Below are positions 25,797 to 31,692 of a stretch of 31,692 nucleotides of DNA, one piece after another. Source of the stretch: Nanobdellota archaeon. Its GTDB lineage: Archaea > Nanobdellota > Nanobdellia > Pacearchaeales > GW2011-AR1. Within the stretch, counting starts at the first letter, position 1, and each line of letters opens with the position of its first letter. The DNA lies in assembly GCA_038044305.1 (NCBI GenBank), contig JBBTAF010000012.1:1-31692 (forward strand), given 5' to 3'. Under the pieces are notes generated by a model. It had not been told where the DNA came from, did not search any database, and worked only from the letters and a program-made list of their open reading frames with translations. A program made the translations under genes and the position numbers.

Positions 25797-25919
25797 TTAA
25801 AACAGGTATTTCCCCCAAACTTCCTCATCTTTCTTATTATCCAAAATCTCTCTCAAACCATCCTCCGCTAGAATAAACCAACCACTATTTTCTTTTTTGT
25901 CTAACGCTATTTTATCCAT
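25797..25919 (-). CDS. Small 40-aa ORF resembling an antitoxin-like C-terminal peptide
   Basis: MDKIALDKKENSGWFILAEDGLREILDNKKDEEVWGKYLF*; fills the gap between tgt and the HIT gene and stops 1 nt before the HIT ATG. Confidence 0.45.
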   Translation of the reverse strand: MDKIALDKKENSGWFILAEDGLREILDNKKDEEVWGKYLF

Positions 25920-25953
25920 ATTATTCCAACTTATTCATTAATTATATATCTTT

Positions 25954-27473
<1,520 letters not shown>

Positions 27474-27515
27474 AAAAAACTCACAAAAGAAGAGTATAAA
27501 AAGTCATCCAAATGA

Positions 27516-30500
27516 TCAATATTCTCCACTCAATTTCTTATAAAACGTCATAATCCTTGAATTAATCGTCGGATCAATCTTATCCAAAGACCCATAACTT
27601 TTCTTTATTTGAGCATACTTTTCTCTTGCCCCTGCAATATTACCCAAAGAAAACATTTTCTCACCTTCATCAAGTAATTTCTTAACTTCTCTAACTTTTT
27701 TTTCTCTATCAGAATAAGCATAATTCGAAGCAGTCTTGTTTTTATCATTTCCTTTCCTGCCTCTCAAAATTACCAAAACAATTACAATCACAACAATAAT
27801 TACTAATATCGAAGCACTCCAAATCACCCAACTCTTACTAAACAATTCCTTTAGAGAATCCAATAATGTTGAAGAAGAATCTGTAGAACCATTCTCATTA
27901 TCGCCAGAAGAAGAACTTCCGCTACCCAAACTCTCGTTTCCAAAAGGAACATAACTTTCATTATCAATAGGAGTCCCATTCAACACATTACCATTTGATG
28001 CTCCACCTCCTCCGCCTCCACCACTACCTCCGCTTCCGCCTCCTCCAGGACTCCCTCCAGTTCCAGAATCACCAATCACAATATTTCCTCCAATACATCC
28101 ACTAAAATCATATTGACAATTATTACAAGAAACATTTCCTCCAGTATAATTATTAGCTAAACATCCAGTTCCAATAGATAGACCATTTTCACAATCCTCT
28201 CCAAACTCAACAATAGAATTTCCACAGGTAGAAGAGAGAATATTATGAATTATACAATCACTTGCACAACCATCTCCATCAATTAAGTTTCCATCATCAC
28301 AATCCTCTCCCTTGTCAGTTTCTAAAATCCCATCGCCACATTTAGGTTCAATAAAACTCTCATTAGGTCCAACTGAGTTTCCAACTGGAAACAAAGAGTC
28401 CTCTTTTGCTATAAATATTCTATCAATTGCATAACCATCTTCTCTTTTTCTAAAGAATATTTCGTATTGTTGATTAGCATTAAGCAATCCCAAGGACAAA
28501 GATGAATTAAACGTGGTAGAATTAACCCAATGCCACTGATTAGGTTTCCAATTATCATTAACTTGATAGGACTGAGTTCCAAAAATAACAAAAACACTAT
28601 CGCTACTCCCATCAATAGCAAACGCCCTCCAGCTTAGATTGTAATTTCCAGTTTCATTCACTTTAAATCTAAATGAGATTTTAGCAGTCTCTCCACCTGA
28701 TGAACTCCCATCATCAGGCAAAGTTTTTACTGATAGAACAGAATTCCCAGAAATATTCATTTTTATCCACGAATCTCCTTGAGAGTCAGGAGTATTTATG
28801 CTTTCACAAAAGTTTTCAGCTTCAATGGTAATTGAAGTTTCTCCACTCCTTGGAATAAATGTCCCATTATGATTGTTACATGAAGGATTGTAAATACATC
28901 CTAAGTTAATATCGCACTTATATCCTACTGTACTACATTGAGTGTCATCAGGAATATGCAAACACCCTCCTATTTCGTTACAAGAATCAACTGTACATGC
29001 AACACCGTCACTGCAATCCCTTGGAACAGTATAAACACATGCCAACTGATTCAAATTACATTTAGGAGCGCTCCAGCAATTAGAAACACTTAATGGAATG
29101 CAAACTTTATTATTACATTGACTTGGAAAACTAGAACATGAATTAGCAATAGTACAATCCCTTGAACACAAAGCCTCATCTATTTGCCCATCGCAATTAT
29201 CATCAATATTATTATCGCATAATTCCTCAACTCCAGAATTAACATTCATATTGTTATCGTTACAATCAGGCTCATTCTTAAAACACCCCTTGGAATAACC
29301 ATAACGCCCTGCTACATTCTCACCATATCCATCATTATCAGAATCAACACAATTAATCACTGCTTGAACATAATCCCTCGCATCATTAGGAATATACGTT
29401 ACATTATTAGTAATAATAATTTTATCAATCATTGCACCATCTTCTCTTTTTTGAAGATAAATAATATTGTTTCCACTTGAAAGATTAACATAAAGATAAT
29501 CTTTACCCCACTGTTGTACTTTTACCCAAACCCATTTTTTAACCAAACTTGATAAAGTCCATATTTTTTCCAACTTAGAAGAGTCAAACTTAACAAAAAA
29601 GCTGTCACTTCCTCCACTTACATCTGGAACATAAGTTCTCCCCCAAACATAATAATAGTCTTTCTGATCGTCTCTTAAAGAAAAGTTATATTTAGCAGAA
29701 ATTGAAGAATTAAAGTTGTTTAATAAACCACTTCCCTCTTTCGAATAAACATAAGCACCGTTACTTGCATTATGCAAATCAAATTTAATCTCTAAACCCG
29801 AACCTGAGAGATTAAATTCCTCTGCTTCAATGCTTATTACAGTAGGAGTTCCAGCACCATTATCAATTATCCCATCACAATTATTATCCTTGCCGTCTTT
29901 TAATTCGATTGCAGTTGGATTAAATAATAAACTAGAATCATTGCAATCTATTCCATTATAGGTACATCCGCTTACAATATTCATATTTCCATTGCTAGCG
30001 CCATATCCATCATTATCAGAATCACTGCATATGCTTATAGTTGTGTTTACATAAGGATTTGCTATAAACCCATCAATTTCTTTAGTATTGACCCAAATAG
30101 TAGTATCTATAGGAGGATTGTCTGAAAATGAGATAACATCGGTCGTTCCATCTGAATTAATGATCTTTGCAGTCAATTCATCTCTTTGAGTTATAGTAGG
30201 GCTATTTTCCCCATCCTTAGTCGGATAATATATAGTAAAAAACCTAAACTCGTTAGAAAGATTTTTGTTCGAAATCCAGAGATTATGAATTGGAAAAATA
30301 TGAGGGTCATTATGAGTCTCAGAAATCGTAGAAGTATATTCTTTTCCAGTATAAGGATTCGTCAGTGCTGTTTCGTTTATTAAATCAAGATATTCAAGAT
30401 TTGAGGGATTTCCAATCATAACAAAGCTTATGGTTACATTGCCCTGTTTATAAGTTCCTCTCTTTGTTATATTATCTATTAAGAAATCATGATCATAAAA

Positions 30501-31670
30501 CATACTGTCCTTCCATGTATATCTTAACGGTATTTTTGCGCGTAAATTATCAAATATAACAAAATATTTGTTCTTGACAAACAAAATGTGACGTTTAGCA
30601 TCGGTAAGATTCTCTACATATCTTCTTGTAGCAGATGTACTAGCTTGCTTGTAAGCATTAACTGCATCTCCTGCAGAATATACATAATCGCTGGTATTCT
30701 TAAAAGAATATAACTGACACACATGTTTGTAAAAAGGTTCACCATTTGACTGATCTACTGAGTGTACATAAATAGAATTTTGAGCCATCAAAGAATCACT
30801 AAAGGAGTCTTCCACGCCTGCTCCACTAGGCATATTCAATTCTTGCCCATAAGCCCATAACTTAAAAGTATTATCATTAAAAAAAGAATGACTATATCCT
30901 CCTCTAGACCTGCATTCAAAGATAAAACCAGTTCCATTAAGAAAAGTACTCTTAGTATAAGGATTTTCTGAAGCAGCAGTAACCCATCCACTCCTATAAA
31001 GTTTAACAGGCGAAGCATCTAATTCCTTCACAGGATTCTCGGGCCATAGAAACGGATAGAAGATTTCTACAAAAGCTTTCTGGTAATGGTTATCTGGAAA
31101 GTTTGGATTTCTAAGTGCCAATATCTCTTCCTTCATACTTAAAAAAGTTTTAACTCCAGTTATAGCAGCATATGGACTATATATGGTATTTGCTTCAAAA
31201 GTAGGTATTGCACTATATACACCATACTCATCACGCTCAACCTCATTTCCTCCTACTCTTCCCCAAGGAGGTACTATCATTCCAATAGGCGCAGTTCTTC
31301 TAAGGAACTCAAATGATTTTGTAGTATCAGGACTTTTACCGATTTTAAAATCTGGGAACGCACTCTCAAGAGCAAGATTAGTGTATAGCTTAAGAGCCAA
31401 GTTGCCATTTGAATACATCTGTCCCTGAGTCGGTGTATCATATCCAAAATTACCAATAGATATTACAAAACTAGATGCATATTGAAAAGCAAATAAGGCA
31501 TAACCACTTGGATCTTTATCAAGAACAGATAAATATGCAGGAAGAAGTGAATAGATTATATGATTTGAATGTGATTCCATTTTTTTACTTTGTGAACCAA
31601 TACCGACATAGTGATATGGAAGAGGAGTTCCGTTAACTACACTAAACCATAATACTTCCCTCCTTATCAA
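27516..31670 (-). CDS. Large membrane-anchored surface protein: heparinase II/III-like domain, Cys-rich metal-binding repeats, two CBM-like beta-sandwiches, Cys-rich repeats, TM anchor; 5' end uncertain
   Basis: GGYSHSFFNDNTFKLWAYGQEL...AQNSIYV and YSAGDAVNAY...RHILFVKNKYFVIFD; CxDxDNDGYG...DCND...NCDG twice; IEAE...GSDS...W.W...KREDG.AID twice; CGDG...EDCDDGN..DGDGC; Gly linker; TM helix. TTG start with no signal peptide. Confidence 0.75.
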   Translation of the reverse strand: MIRREVLWFSVVNGTPLPYHYVGIGSQSKKMESHSNHIIYSLLPAYLSVLDKDPSGYALFAFQYASSFVISIGNFGYDTPTQGQMYSNGNLALKLYTNLALESAFPDFKIGKSPDTTKSFEFLRRTAPIGMIVPPWGRVGGNEVERDEYGVYSAIPTFEANTIYSPYAAITGVKTFLSMKEEILALRNPNFPDNHYQKAFVEIFYPFLWPENPVKELDASPVKLYRSGWVTAASENPYTKSTFLNGTGFIFECRSRGGYSHSFFNDNTFKLWAYGQELNMPSGAGVEDSFSDSLMAQNSIYVHSVDQSNGEPFYKHVCQLYSFKNTSDYVYSAGDAVNAYKQASTSATRRYVENLTDAKRHILFVKNKYFVIFDNLRAKIPLRYTWKDSMFYDHDFLIDNITKRGTYKQGNVTISFVMIGNPSNLEYLDLINETALTNPYTGKEYTSTISETHNDPHIFPIHNLWISNKNLSNEFRFFTIYYPTKDGENSPTITQRDELTAKIINSDGTTDVISFSDNPPIDTTIWVNTKEIDGFIANPYVNTTISICSDSDNDGYGASNGNMNIVSGCTYNGIDCNDSSLLFNPTAIELKDGKDNNCDGIIDNGAGTPTVISIEAEEFNLSGSGLEIKFDLHNASNGAYVYSKEGSGLLNNFNSSISAKYNFSLRDDQKDYYYVWGRTYVPDVSGGSDSFFVKFDSSKLEKIWTLSSLVKKWVWVKVQQWGKDYLYVNLSSGNNIIYLQKREDGAMIDKIIITNNVTYIPNDARDYVQAVINCVDSDNDGYGENVAGRYGYSKGCFKNEPDCNDNNMNVNSGVEELCDNNIDDNCDGQIDEALCSRDCTIANSCSSFPSQCNNKVCIPLSVSNCWSAPKCNLNQLACVYTVPRDCSDGVACTVDSCNEIGGCLHIPDDTQCSTVGYKCDINLGCIYNPSCNNHNGTFIPRSGETSITIEAENFCESINTPDSQGDSWIKMNISGNSVLSVKTLPDDGSSSGGETAKISFRFKVNETGNYNLSWRAFAIDGSSDSVFVIFGTQSYQVNDNWKPNQWHWVNSTTFNSSLSLGLLNANQQYEIFFRKREDGYAIDRIFIAKEDSLFPVGNSVGPNESFIEPKCGDGILETDKGEDCDDGNLIDGDGCASDCIIHNILSSTCGNSIVEFGEDCENGLSIGTGCLANNYTGGNVSCNNCQYDFSGCIGGNIVIGDSGTGGSPGGGGSGGSGGGGGGGASNGNVLNGTPIDNESYVPFGNESLGSGSSSSGDNENGSTDSSSTLLDSLKELFSKSWVIWSASILVIIVVIVIVLVILRGRKGNDKNKTASNYAYSDREKKVREVKKLLDEGEKMFSLGNIAGAREKYAQIKKSYGSLDKIDPTINSRIMTFYKKLSGEY

Positions 31671-31692
31671 AGTAAGTTGATATATTTTTCAT

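Noticed and set aside
27516-31670. Additional remote DGR target (also checked pilins, surface proteins and the ATPase)
   Set aside because: No TR-like sequence was seen by eye outside the two VRs; a genome-wide alignment allowing A-position mismatches would be needed to exclude distant targets.

Overview
AT-rich window from a small-genome archaeon, most likely DPANN (Pacearchaeota/Woesearchaeota-like). This is inferred from archaeal-type GluRS, class III signal-peptide pilins, TTTAWAWA TATA boxes about 20-30 nt upstream of ATGs, and glycosylation-rich surface proteins. The centrepiece (16.5-23.0 kb, minus strand) is an apparently intact diversity-generating retroelement (DGR). It has an RT (YVDD), an 85-nt template repeat (TR, 17640-17724) and two identical target genes. 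Their C-terminal variable repeats (VR) differ from TR at 15 positions, every one a TR adenine. The targets sit inside a translationally coupled operon: MoxR AAA+ ATPase, target, HExxH/vWA protein, RHH protein, target. This suggests a MoxR-vWA system whose third component is hypermutated. No avd gene is visible. Elsewhere the window has housekeeping genes (thrS end, gltX, bacterial-type tgt), two pilins (one fused to a dockerin-like domain), two large surface proteins (one with a heparinase II/III-like lyase domain), TA-type modules (MNT-HEPN, RelBE, Fic), two gene remnants, and a duplicated array of tandem hairpins overlapping promoters. No rRNA, complete tRNA or CRISPR array was found. All family assignments come from motif recognition by eye; no database searches were run.
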